Origin: Armatimonadota bacterium
Lineage (GTDB): Bacteria; Armatimonadota; UBA5829; DTLH01
Direction of reading: 5' to 3'
Assembly: GCA_039680575.1 (NCBI GenBank)
Contig: JBDKSP010000021.1
Location: 1 to 64,000 of the forward strand
Length of the DNA stretch: 64,000 nucleotides
The notes beneath the pieces were generated by a model. The model made no database searches and was not told the origin of the DNA. It was given only the letters and a program-made list of their open reading frames with translations. The stretch's first letter is position 1, and each line of letters begins with the position of its first letter. The position numbers and the translations under genes are program-made. Below are positions 36,870 to 46,959 of this stretch, in pieces.

Positions 36870-37862
36870 TTATTGTCCGATGCTGTGTTCGACCATCATG
36901 CCGATAAAGTATCCTGCAGCGCCCAGCATCAATGCACCACTCATGCCTTGAAAAAGGACCGCGGAAATATCAGATCCATTTATAAGTGCGGGAACACCGT
37001 GGCCGAGAAGCCCAAGCAAGAAGCCGGTTTTAACGCCGGTCATATCGTTGCCGCAAGTAAATCCGACCCAAAACCCGACTATAGCGCCGAGAATGATTCC
37101 CTCTATCGCCAGAAATGGGAGGTTCATCGATATAAGGAAGAACCTCAGCATGAAACCTGCCCCCAAAATCCCTACCGGCCCAGCAATTATACCATAGATT
37201 ATACCGGCTTTTATCATACTGCGCTGCGCCTGCCGGGCTTTTTCATCAGATTCTCGTCCTCTAGCTTCCAGATGGCTCAAATCAGGGAGTTGGGGCGCTG
37301 CCGGAATCGGAGCGGACGGTATACCTACGGGTTGAAGGTCATCCAGCGGGGTATGAGCTGTCTTATTGCTGCAGGGAGCTGCGCCGCTGAGGTCAGCAGG
37401 CGTACAAGCCGTTGTCTGTGTAGTTGCTGCAGTATCAGCCTGATTATCGAGATGGTGAGGATACGCCTGCGGCTGCTCAGTAATCGGCGCCGCCTCCTGA
37501 TCGCTCAATCTGTTCAGCGCTTCTGCCGCAGGCTGATAAGATGGGTCCGCATCTGCGGCATTTCGATACTCAGAGATAGCTTCTCTTATGCGGTCCGATT
37601 GTTCATAGGCTTTCCCAAGATTGTAATGGTTGCGGGCACTCGGTTCAATATTGACGGAGTGCTCAAACGCGGCGATTGCCATACCCCGGTTCCCGGATTG
37701 TGCGTAAGCAGCGCCGAGTATTGAATACGATTTGGCATCGTCAGGGTATGCCTCCAAAATCTTTTCTGTGCATTTGATGCAGTCCTTAAGCTTTCCCTCG
37801 CGGAAAAGCTGCATAGCTATGTCTTCTGAAGCAGGTCCTGTATAATCATCATTATTACTCAT
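36870..37862 (-). CDS. TPR protein with Pro-rich linker and C-terminal TMs
   Basis: N-terminal TPR repeats, four hydrophobic helices. Confidence 0.75.
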   Translation of the reverse strand: MSNNDDYTGPASEDIAMQLFREGKLKDCIKCTEKILEAYPDDAKSYSILGAAYAQSGNRGMAIAAFEHSVNIEPSARNHYNLGKAYEQSDRIREAISEYRNAADADPSYQPAAEALNRLSDQEAAPITEQPQAYPHHLDNQADTAATTQTTACTPADLSGAAPCSNKTAHTPLDDLQPVGIPSAPIPAAPQLPDLSHLEARGRESDEKARQAQRSMIKAGIIYGIIAGPVGILGAGFMLRFFLISMNLPFLAIEGIILGAIVGFWVGFTCGNDMTGVKTGFLLGLLGHGVPALINGSDISAVLFQGMSGALMLGAAGYFIGMMVEHSIGQ

Positions 37863-38171
37863 CTTCCTGACACCTCCGAAAGGTTTTCAGCTATAATGGT
37901 TATAAGGCTGGTTATTGACTGAATAGCCGGATAATTGGTAAGCTCTGTTGAACTTGAATTCGATTTCCAATGGAGAATATCCTCCATACAGACAAAAATA
38001 TACTGTTTGTAGTAATCAGTGTGTCATCAACAAGATAAATAGCAACAGGGTCAACAATATATCCTTGAAAAGTACCCGATATAACACAGCAAATATCCGC
38101 GGAATATTGTCTCATTTATATAAGGGATTCCAGCGAAGGATATCCCAAACAAATGCAAGGAGGAGAGTGCA

Positions 38172-39074
38172 ATGCGATCATTTGTAATCGCGCTTGTCGT
38201 TGTCTGCCTGGTAGTTCTCTCTATCCCGCTGTATGCGCAGGCTACCACGCAGAATAGCGGCAATGAGGAGAAGGCGAAAGAATTATATCTCGCTGGGGAG
38301 AAATCTTACAAAGAAGGTAAACTGGAAGAAGCAATCGTAACCTGGAATAAGTCTCTCGATCTGAGTCCGAATAGTGAGGAAACTAAGAATTCCGTTGCAA
38401 AGGCAAAAGACGAGCTCTACAAAAATACAATGGAATTTTGCAATGATCCCAATCAAAAGGATCTTGTGACTGCGTTTGTCAATCTGATCAGTATACAGGC
38501 ATTGATCCCGGAGAAGGCAACTGAGTTTCAGGAAAAAGCGAAGGCGGTTGTCGGTAGGTTCGATAATGATCAGAAAAGGGCAACCATCTATTATCAGCAG
38601 TCGGTAAAGAAGACTAATGAGGGAGATTATAACGTTGCTGCTCAGTATGCGACTATTTCCAAAATATACGCTCCTGACTCGGTTGCTGTCGGTAAGCTGA
38701 TCGGTAAAATAAATGAAATCAGGGAAAAGAAAGCAACAGCGAATCCACCAAGTCAGCCGCAACCGGCTCAATCGTCTCATGTAGGCATTGGTAACGGTAA
38801 ACCGAACTTGGTAATATTCTATGCAGACTGGTGCGCGGCACATGCAAAAATGTCTCCGATGCTCAAGGAACTGCAAGATCAATACAAAGACAAGGTGAAT
38901 ATCCTCTTTGTCGATGTCGATAATCAGTCGAATAAGGACATCCTGAAAAAGGACCCTATTAAAGGTGTTCCGCTTCAGGTTCTCTACGACAAGGATCAAA
39001 AGGAAGTGTTTAGCAACCTGGGTGAGATAACGAAGGATCAACTGGTGGCCGAGTTGAACAAAGTAGCCGGGTAA
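38172..39074 (+). CDS. Secreted TPR + thioredoxin-domain protein
   Basis: Signal peptide, TPR, FYADWCAAH...VDVD...GVP. Confidence 0.75.
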   Translation: MRSFVIALVVVCLVVLSIPLYAQATTQNSGNEEKAKELYLAGEKSYKEGKLEEAIVTWNKSLDLSPNSEETKNSVAKAKDELYKNTMEFCNDPNQKDLVTAFVNLISIQALIPEKATEFQEKAKAVVGRFDNDQKRATIYYQQSVKKTNEGDYNVAAQYATISKIYAPDSVAVGKLIGKINEIREKKATANPPSQPQPAQSSHVGIGNGKPNLVIFYADWCAAHAKMSPMLKELQDQYKDKVNILFVDVDNQSNKDILKKDPIKGVPLQVLYDKDQKEVFSNLGEITKDQLVAELNKVAG

Positions 39075-39138
39075 TCAACCCCTGAATTTATATATGTACA
39101 AAACAGGAGCCTCCCATAATCTTCAGGGAGGCTCTTTT

Positions 39139-39329
39139 GCAACAGTCCACTCTTGCAAAAATTATATATCACCCTGAGCAACCAGCACGTCACCCTTGAA
39201 CTAAGGAGTTTTGGTATACCTGAAACTCTTCCTGGATGCTGAGTCAAGCTCAGCATGACGTTGTGGGCATTCCGAATGACGTAGTGTTCGTTCAGCATAA
39301 TGCTATATTCATCAATTCTGAACGCTTAC
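39139..39329. mobile_element. IS66-like MITE copy D
   Basis: GCAACAGTCCA...TGAACGCTTAC; TSD GCTCTTTT (39131-39138, 39330-39337). Confidence 0.85.
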
Positions 39330-39340
39330 GCTCTTTTTTA

Positions 39341-40750
39341 TTAACTCATTCTTCGCCAGATGGTCCCCTCAGGCCGGTCTTCGATTGTGATCCCAGCGGC
39401 GGACAGTTCATTTCGAATCTCATCAGCCCTGGCCCAGTTTTTCTCTTTTCTGGCCTTTTCTCTCTCGGTAATAAGAGCTGCAAACTCCGGATCCAGTTCC
39501 GTTTCTTGTGCTGATGCCGCTGATTCGTGCAACTTTAACCCGAAAACTTTATCAAAGTCATACAATGCGTCGAGTACTCCGAACTCCTGCCGGGTGTTGG
39601 CTTCCTTTATCATCTCCCATGTGAGCGCGATAGCTCGCGGGACGTTGAGGTCATCACTTATTGCTTCTTTGAACCGTTCGCGATACTCGCTGACCCAGGG
39701 TTCTTCTGTTCCTTCTGCCCGGCTGGCGAGGTCAACGAATGCTTTCAGTCGATTATAACCTGCCTGTGCAGCATCGAGTGACTCCCAGGTGAAGTTCAGT
39801 TTAGACCGGTAATGCACCTGCAGACATAGATACCTGTATGCAAGAGGATCGTATTTCCGGTCTATAAGCGACTGAAGAGTGAGGAACCCACTGGCGGATT
39901 TTGCCATCTTTTCGCCGCCGCCGACTATCAGAAACTCGCCATGAAGCCAGTAACGAGCGAATTGCTTACCGGTCGATGCTTCGCTCTGTGCTATCTCGTT
40001 CGTATGGTGGACCGGTATATGGTCGATTCCCCCCGTGTGGATGTCCAGTGTCTCGCCCAGGTAATGCATAGACATCGCGGAGCACTCTATATGCCAGCCG
40101 GGGAAGCCCATGCCCCAGGGAGAATCCCACTGCATCAGATGGTTCTCGAACCTTCCAACAGCTTTGAACCAGAGTGCGAAATCGGCAGGATTACGCTTAT
40201 CCTTATCTTCCTGCACTTCGGCTCTGGCAGCGGTTATCTTTTCTTCCAGTGATTGACCGGCAAGTGCCGTATAGGTCGGGAACTTGGTAACATCGAAATA
40301 GACTGCCTGGTCCGTCTCGTATGTATAACCCCGATCCTGAAGCTGTTTTACCAGGTCGATCATCATCTGTATATGCTCAGTCGCGCGGGCAACTACAGTA
40401 GGCCGCGCGATATTCAATTTCTCGGTGTCTTTGAAGAACGCGTCTTCATAGAACCTGGCAATGTCCCAGATGGATTTTCCCTCTCGGCGGGCTCCGGCTT
40501 CCATCTTGTCTTCGCCGATGTCATCATCGGAGGTAAGATGGCCTACATCGGTTACGTTCATCACATGCTTTACTTCGTAGCCTTCATGTTCGAAAGTGCG
40601 CCGCAGAATATCGGCGAAGATGTAAGTGCGCAGGTTGCCGATATGCGCGTAGTTATAGACGGTGGGACCACAGGAGTAAATTCCCGCTTTCCCCGGTTTG
40701 AGAGGTATGAATTCTTCTTTCTTGCGTGTAAGCGAGTTATACAGTAGCAT
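39341..40750 (-). CDS. cysS: Cysteine-tRNA ligase
   Basis: [25 protein letters not shown] and KMAKS motifs. Confidence 0.97.
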   Translation of the reverse strand: MLLYNSLTRKKEEFIPLKPGKAGIYSCGPTVYNYAHIGNLRTYIFADILRRTFEHEGYEVKHVMNVTDVGHLTSDDDIGEDKMEAGARREGKSIWDIARFYEDAFFKDTEKLNIARPTVVARATEHIQMMIDLVKQLQDRGYTYETDQAVYFDVTKFPTYTALAGQSLEEKITAARAEVQEDKDKRNPADFALWFKAVGRFENHLMQWDSPWGMGFPGWHIECSAMSMHYLGETLDIHTGGIDHIPVHHTNEIAQSEASTGKQFARYWLHGEFLIVGGGEKMAKSASGFLTLQSLIDRKYDPLAYRYLCLQVHYRSKLNFTWESLDAAQAGYNRLKAFVDLASRAEGTEEPWVSEYRERFKEAISDDLNVPRAIALTWEMIKEANTRQEFGVLDALYDFDKVFGLKLHESAASAQETELDPEFAALITEREKARKEKNWARADEIRNELSAAGITIEDRPEGTIWRRMS

Positions 40751-41429
40751 CGGTTATATCAGGTTTCTCCACAGGTTCCGACCGTTCATTCTGTCCGGTC
40801 TCCATTTGTGACATGCGATTGTCAAGCTGGTCAAGCCTTCGCTGGAGCGACTGGATCAGTTCACCTTCAGGATCGAGTCCGCGTCCATGCGTCAGCGGTT
40901 CAACTGTTACCTTTTTGCCGTTTTGGACGGCTATTCTACCAGGAACACCGACGACGGTGGAATCCGCAGGTACATCCTTAAGCACAACAGCGTTAGCTCC
41001 GATCCTGGCGTTATCGCCTATGGTTATTGCGCCGAGGACTTTAGCTCCGCATGCAATGACTACGTTGTTCCCAAGGGTGGGGTGGCGCTTCTTCTTTTCC
41101 AGGCTGACACCTCCAAGAGTAACCCCATGATAAATAAGGCAATTCTCCCCGATCTCAGCGGTCTCTCCGATGACGACACCCATTCCATGGTCTATAAAGA
41201 ACCCTTTGCCTATCTCGGCGCCGGGATGAATCTCTATTCCGGTAAAGAAACGGTTTATATATGAGATTATTCGAGCGAGAGTCTGCAGGCGCAGCTTCCA
41301 CAACCGGTGGGCGACACGATGCCAGAAAATCGCATTTATCCCTGGATAGGATAAAACTTCCAGCCAGTTGCGCGCAGCAGGATCGCACCTAAATGCAGCT
41401 CTCCAATCACTTAGAAATGTTTCGAACAT
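40737..41429 (-). CDS. cysE: Serine O-acetyltransferase
   Basis: [22 protein letters not shown] and KRHPTLG motifs. Confidence 0.95.
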   Translation of the reverse strand: MFETFLSDWRAAFRCDPAARNWLEVLSYPGINAIFWHRVAHRLWKLRLQTLARIISYINRFFTGIEIHPGAEIGKGFFIDHGMGVVIGETAEIGENCLIYHGVTLGGVSLEKKKRHPTLGNNVVIACGAKVLGAITIGDNARIGANAVVLKDVPADSTVVGVPGRIAVQNGKKVTVEPLTHGRGLDPEGELIQSLQRRLDQLDNRMSQMETGQNERSEPVEKPDITDATV

Positions 41430-41540
41430 TAATTAATATCCCAGCTGAGTAATATCAAAAATAACGACAACGATGTTGTTGCCGTTATTAATAACAACAC
41501 TCGAATATAACACGGACTGAGTGAAAGTTCAAGATAAAAT

Positions 41541-41809
41541 GTAAGACTTCACTGCTGATGAGTATAACATCATGATGAACCACCACAACGTCATGCTGAG
41601 CTTGACTCAGCATACAGGAAGAAAATGGACCCTGAATCTATGGATTTTCGGCTATAGCCGAAAATCTTCCGGGGAGAGTTTCAGGTAATACCTGAAACTC
41701 CTTAGTTCAGGGTGACGTGTTGGTTATTCAGGGTGACGTCCTTCCATCTATGGTGATGTGTTGGTTGTACAATTTGATGTAGGATCTCTCATTAAGAGTG
41801 AACTGTTAC
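41541..41809. mobile_element. IS66-like MITE copy E (expanded)
   Basis: GTAAGACTTCA...TGAACTGTTAC; TSD GATAAAAT (41533-41540, 41810-41817). Confidence 0.85.
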
Positions 41810-41852
41810 GATAAAATGAGGTATAATTTGGGGGTGTTGGAGAGGTGTTTTG

Positions 41853-42902
41853 ATGAAAGTAGATAGGTTTACTGAAAATCCAATCGTCACGCCTGCTGAT
41901 GTTAAGCCATCGCGTGATGATTTTGAAGTTATATGTACATTCAATGCCGGTGTGATCCGCCATGGCGGCGAGATACTTTTGCTTATGAGAGTCGCGGAAC
42001 GCCCTGCAAACCACGACTCTCGCATTGTGTCCGTCCCATTTATGAATTTCGATGGGCTGAACCCTGCTTTGGAGATAGCGGAGCTGTCGCTTGAGGACCC
42101 GGAGTTCGATTTCAGCGATAGCAGGGTTGTGACCGGCAAAGGTAAGGTGTATCTCACGTCCATATCGCACCTCCGGCTTGCAAGAAGCCGGGATGGACGC
42201 CATTTCACCGTGGAAGAGCATCCGGCGCTTTGTCCTGATAAGGCCGCAGAGGCTTACGGGCTCGAAGACCCGCGTATCACAAAGATCGACGATACTTATT
42301 ACATAGTTTATAAGAGTGTTGCGCCCAACGGCATTACTCAGAGCCTGGCAACTACTAAAGATTTCGTGACATACGAAAAACGAGGGCTGATCTTCCCTCC
42401 GGAGAACATGGACGCGATGATCTTCCCGGAGAAAATCAATGGCAGGTATGCAGCGATCCATCGACCGGTCCCCCGTATGATCGGCGAGCCGAATATGTGG
42501 GTCTCTTACTCGCACGATCTCATACATTGGGGCGATCATAAGTTCATGGCAGGTGTGATGCCCGGAGGATGGGAAGGCGGCCGGATAGGCGGTGGCGCAA
42601 TTCCGTTCATGACCGAGCGCGGCTGGCTGGAGATATACCACGGCGCGACAGCGTGCCATCGCTACTGTCTCGGCGCGATGCTTATGGAAGCCGACAGGCC
42701 GGAGCGTGTTATCGCACGGACCATGCAACCCATTATGGAGCCGGAGGCGGATTACGAGGTAAAAGGCTTCGTTCCGAACGTTGTTTTTACCTGCGGTGCG
42801 CTCGTGGACGGCGACCGCGTCACCATTTATTACGGCGGTGCGGATACCGTGATAGCCGGAGCTGAAATGTCCGTCAGAGACATACTACGCGAGCTGGAAT
42901 AG
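41853..42902 (+). CDS. GH130 mannoside phosphorylase/hydrolase
   Basis: FNAGV, LLMRVAERP, YGLEDPRIT, HRP, NVVFTCG and YYGGAD motifs. Confidence 0.88.
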   Translation: MKVDRFTENPIVTPADVKPSRDDFEVICTFNAGVIRHGGEILLLMRVAERPANHDSRIVSVPFMNFDGLNPALEIAELSLEDPEFDFSDSRVVTGKGKVYLTSISHLRLARSRDGRHFTVEEHPALCPDKAAEAYGLEDPRITKIDDTYYIVYKSVAPNGITQSLATTKDFVTYEKRGLIFPPENMDAMIFPEKINGRYAAIHRPVPRMIGEPNMWVSYSHDLIHWGDHKFMAGVMPGGWEGGRIGGGAIPFMTERGWLEIYHGATACHRYCLGAMLMEADRPERVIARTMQPIMEPEADYEVKGFVPNVVFTCGALVDGDRVTIYYGGADTVIAGAEMSVRDILRELE

Positions 42903-42939
42903 AAGATTAAGTAACATCCTGCGCTCGAAACAGAAACTA

Positions 42940-42982
42940 ATAAGAGCCTGAGGGTAAGTGTCTTTCATCCTCAGGCTCTTAT
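42940..42982. terminator. Bidirectional terminator
   Basis: ATAAGAGCCTGAGG...CCTCAGGCTCTTAT between convergent genes. Confidence 0.7.
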
Positions 42983-42987
42983 ATTTA

Positions 42988-45246
42988 TTAATTGATCTTG
43001 ACCTGGAATGTCACAGTTCCTTTCGCGCCTGCGGCCAGAGAGGATATAGTCCAGGACACCTTTCTTGTGGTGGAGTTATATGTCCCGCCTGATGAAGCGC
43101 TCACAAAGGTGGTGTCAGCCGGAACAGGAGCGGAAACTATGACATTCGATGCAGGACCTGCGCCGGAATTTGTGTAGGTTAAGGTGTAAGTGATAATGTC
43201 GCCGGGAGCCGCCTTGCTCTTGTCCGATGAGAGCAAAACCGATATTTTCGGCTCTGGAATAGTAGACCCGGAAGGCTTGATCTTTATTCCGACATCGACA
43301 GGCAGGTTCGATACGCTTACAGTAGCCACTCCATCGCTTCCGACAGTGATGTTGCTCTTCGATGTAACCTGTGAACTCAGGTTGGGATCGGTCGTGCTCC
43401 ATGTCTCGACAGTATAGCTGCCTGGGGTCATTCCCATTACCTTAATGGTCGCTGACTGGTTGGCAGGAGTCGGTATTTTCGATGAGTCTGCGTAACGGTC
43501 GGATGTCTGACCGTAATAGTATATGCGGTACCATGTATCTGTCAGGTTCTTTACGTATAGGTAAGCCTTCGTCGCTCCATGCAGTGCGACGGCCATGACT
43601 TTGCCGTTCGAGCAGGTCACTTTTGGAGACGTGTTGACTGGGTCTGAAACAGAATACGTCGTTTCTTGGGTAAGTCCCGCGAAATTCTCGCCTTTCACGA
43701 AGTTGACGAGTGGCCCGTAGACCCAGTACTTCTCACCACCACCGTATTTACCGTTTATGTAGTCCAGTTTCCAGTGGGTCATGCTCATACCGGAGAGCAT
43801 TCCAGCCCAGATGCAGTCTTTTACGTGCCTCGCTGATGTATCTATCGTATACGCCGAGGTCCAATCGGGAAAACTGCTGTCACCCGGTCTTCTGTAAATC
43901 AGTCCGAACTCAGTCCATGAGAGCGGCTTATTCCATCCGTAACGTTTGAACTGGATGCGGGCGAGCCTATCAGCCCAGACTGCCGTGTCCTCCCACGGGA
44001 ACTCCAGTGTGGAACCAAGCGTTTCCAGGTTGTATGAGCTTTTCAAAGTCCATCCGCCGGTATACTTGGCATAATCGTGATAGTTCACATAGTCCATCGA
44101 GGCATCGGTCCAGGGAATGCCGCCGCCTGTTCTAAGCTCACCGCTGCCGTTGCTGGAAGATGCGAGGTGCGGCTGTTCGGTAAACGAGTGGATATAGTTA
44201 CCCATATCGATATGCCAGGCAGGAGAATAGGATGTCGATCCGCCCAACTCGTTCACGAACTCAAGGCAGGCAAGATTGGTGGAATAGCCCCATCGAGCCA
44301 TCCAATAACGGATCTTTCGTTTATAAATCTCCCTTGCAGTGGTGGATGAGAAGAACCCGTTAACATCCGAACACGGAGCTTCTCTGCCGCTTACGCTGAT
44401 ATACTGATTGCTGGTGTCCTTAAGGTATGTCCAGTCATCGAGAAGGAACTCAATGTAAATGCCGTTGGCGCGGGCGGTATCCATAATATCGTCGATTTTC
44501 GCTGCACGGGAAAGGTCATAGTTATTGAGCGACTTGGGGCTAGTCTTGTCCGATCCCACGCAATATGGCTCGATGTTAAGGGATGTAAAGAAAATCCTCG
44601 TATAGTTAGCCCCATAAGCCTTCATTTTGGGAAATGCCACTCCCCAGGCTGTTCCTGTCCCTCCACTGTAGCCGGATATGTCGCAGCCTATAGGATGAAA
44701 CGGCGTGCTGTTAGAAAAATCGAAAAACCTCTTGTCGTTTTGGTTCAGCCGGACGAATCCTGGGTTCGTGGTCTGGCTGGTCACCTGGAATGTACGCTCT
44801 GAAGATGCAGCTGTACCACTGGAATCCTTTGCGGTTATCTTGACCTTCCAGGTGCCTGCCATTGCAGGGGCAAAACGGAGCTTCCACACTCCGGTGTCAT
44901 ACCAGAACGCAGGATGGGTGATGGTGCTGCCGTCAGGCGCGGTAAAAACGCCATCGACCAGTATACCGCGCTTGTTATAGTACTGAGAACCTAACGCGGT
45001 GGTATTCGGGTTGAACGGATTGTAGTCAGTGAACGCGGTCCCTACGCCTGTGATGCTGAAGGTCAGTTCGTATTTTTCATACTCGGGAACGATGCCGTTC
45101 GTATAACTCGATGTGTTATCGGACAGGCTGCCGATTGTCGGCGTGGAGAATGCCGCACTGCATGATAGCGCAAGCATAAGCGTAAATATGATGGTAAATC
45201 TATTGCCCAATGTTTCACTCCTTCCAAACTTCCGGAAAAGTACCAA
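42988..45246 (-). CDS. Secreted clan GH-A-like glycoside hydrolase (DUF5060 + TIM barrel + DUF11)
   Basis: Signal peptide, WKLRFAP, ARWGYSTN...FVNE, WTEFG, C-terminal APGDIITYTLTYTNSG. Confidence 0.7.
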   Translation of the reverse strand: MVLFRKFGRSETLGNRFTIIFTLMLALSCSAAFSTPTIGSLSDNTSSYTNGIVPEYEKYELTFSITGVGTAFTDYNPFNPNTTALGSQYYNKRGILVDGVFTAPDGSTITHPAFWYDTGVWKLRFAPAMAGTWKVKITAKDSSGTAASSERTFQVTSQTTNPGFVRLNQNDKRFFDFSNSTPFHPIGCDISGYSGGTGTAWGVAFPKMKAYGANYTRIFFTSLNIEPYCVGSDKTSPKSLNNYDLSRAAKIDDIMDTARANGIYIEFLLDDWTYLKDTSNQYISVSGREAPCSDVNGFFSSTTAREIYKRKIRYWMARWGYSTNLACLEFVNELGGSTSYSPAWHIDMGNYIHSFTEQPHLASSSNGSGELRTGGGIPWTDASMDYVNYHDYAKYTGGWTLKSSYNLETLGSTLEFPWEDTAVWADRLARIQFKRYGWNKPLSWTEFGLIYRRPGDSSFPDWTSAYTIDTSARHVKDCIWAGMLSGMSMTHWKLDYINGKYGGGEKYWVYGPLVNFVKGENFAGLTQETTYSVSDPVNTSPKVTCSNGKVMAVALHGATKAYLYVKNLTDTWYRIYYYGQTSDRYADSSKIPTPANQSATIKVMGMTPGSYTVETWSTTDPNLSSQVTSKSNITVGSDGVATVSVSNLPVDVGIKIKPSGSTIPEPKISVLLSSDKSKAAPGDIITYTLTYTNSGAGPASNVIVSAPVPADTTFVSASSGGTYNSTTRKVSWTISSLAAGAKGTVTFQVKIN

Positions 45247-45777
45247 AAAGGGCGACTAACAGCTTGTATGTTTCCGCTTCTTGTGTGCTGCGGTAGTAGA
45301 TTCAGCGCATATTGAAAGAATATATTGAATCTGCCGTTCCCGCAGTAGCTATGATACAATCAGCCGGGGATTTTTCTGGACTTTCAGGCAATGATGAGCG
45401 GTATAAGCTGCCAGTGGCCTATACATCACCTGAAAGTCTATGATCAATCGCTGGAGAAAGGCAGTGATGGAACATGGGCGATATCCTGCTCAATACCCAA
45501 CCTCAGCGCTCAGTTTGTTTTGACGTGCTAAATTGTCAAATAGTTCCCGATATATCGTCTGAATAGTCAATATAATACCTTAAGCTGTGTCGGTAAAAAT
45601 GAAAAATGTATCCCAGCCTGGTATATTAGCCTGACGAGCAGTCATCTGATTTACTTTACCCAGCCATAATCCATATGAACCACCCATTCCTTGCCTTCGC
45701 ACTTGGCAATCGAGCTTTCGGGTGTTATTATTGGTTGTCTTTGCTATGTCAGGCAAGATTATACAGGAGGCGATAAA

Positions 45778-46893
45778 GTGTACGATCCAAGAATGAAAAA
45801 ACTTGCCGATGTTCTCATTGGTCATTCTACAAAAGTAAAACCCGGCGAGAGGGTTCTTATAGATTCCGCGGAAGTCCCTGCGGAGATGATAACTCTGCTT
45901 ATGGAAAGAGTTGTCGAGGCAGGCGGGATACCTTTCGTAGAGCTAAGCCACCCGAAAATCAGCCGTTGCCTGTATCTGAATGGTACTGCGGAACAGATGG
46001 ATGTACTTGGCAAAAAAGACCTTGAGTTCATGAAGGAAATGCAGTGCTACATAGCGCTTAGGGGCTCCAGCAATATCACTGAGATGTCCGATGTACCGGA
46101 TGAAAAATTGAAACTTGCTGATAAACACTGGCGAAAGGCTGTGCTTGACTACAGGGTCAACCATACAAAGTGGGTCGTGCTCCGCTGGCCGACTCCTTCC
46201 ATGGCACAGCAGGCTGGAATGAGCACGGAGAGCTTCGAGGATTTCTATTTCGATGTCTGTACGCTCGATTACGACAGGATGGCAAAAGCGGAAGAGCCGT
46301 TAAAAGAACGGATGGAGAAGGCCGACAGGGTCCGGATTATCGGCTCGCAGGATACAAATCTCGAATTCTCGATAAAGGGAATTCCTGCAGTCCCGTGCGT
46401 CGGCGACAGAAACATCCCGGATGGCGAGTTGTACACTGCGCCGGTGAAAGACAGTGTAAATGGTGTAATCCACTACAATGCGCCGACCATAAGCCACGGA
46501 AAGCCTTTCGATAGTATCCGGCTGGTCTTCAAAAACGGAAAAATCGTAGAAGCCACAAGCACGGATACGAAATCGTTGAATGAGATCCTGGACTCTGATG
46601 AAGGAGCACGGTACGTAGGTGAATTCGCGCTCGGTTTCAACCCGCATATCAAGAGGCCGATGAGGGATATTCTCTTCGATGAGAAGATCGCCGGTTCGCT
46701 CCATTTTACCCCCGGACAGGCATACGGATCAGCCGATAATGGCAACAGGTCGAAGATCCATTGGGATATGGTGCTCATCCAGAGCGAGGAATTCGGCGGC
46801 GGAGAGGTTTATTTCGACGACGAACTGATCCGAAAGGATGGACGGTTCGTGCCGGACTATCTGCAGGGACTCAACCCGGAGAACCTTGTGTAA
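45778..46893 (+). CDS. Aminopeptidase II (M29)
   Basis: NIPDGELYTAP, GEFALG, LFDEKIAGSLH and SKIHWD motifs; GGAGG before GTG. Confidence 0.9.
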   Translation: MYDPRMKKLADVLIGHSTKVKPGERVLIDSAEVPAEMITLLMERVVEAGGIPFVELSHPKISRCLYLNGTAEQMDVLGKKDLEFMKEMQCYIALRGSSNITEMSDVPDEKLKLADKHWRKAVLDYRVNHTKWVVLRWPTPSMAQQAGMSTESFEDFYFDVCTLDYDRMAKAEEPLKERMEKADRVRIIGSQDTNLEFSIKGIPAVPCVGDRNIPDGELYTAPVKDSVNGVIHYNAPTISHGKPFDSIRLVFKNGKIVEATSTDTKSLNEILDSDEGARYVGEFALGFNPHIKRPMRDILFDEKIAGSLHFTPGQAYGSADNGNRSKIHWDMVLIQSEEFGGGEVYFDDELIRKDGRFVPDYLQGLNPENLV

Positions 46894-46959
46894 AGTGACT
46901 TGTAAATATCAACAAGAGGACTTCAGGCCGGGAAAATCTCCCGGCCCTTTATTTTGCAG

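Noticed and set aside
41430..41540. T-box leader upstream of cysE-cysS (or hisS-aspS)
   Set aside because: No T-box consensus; leaders are too short.
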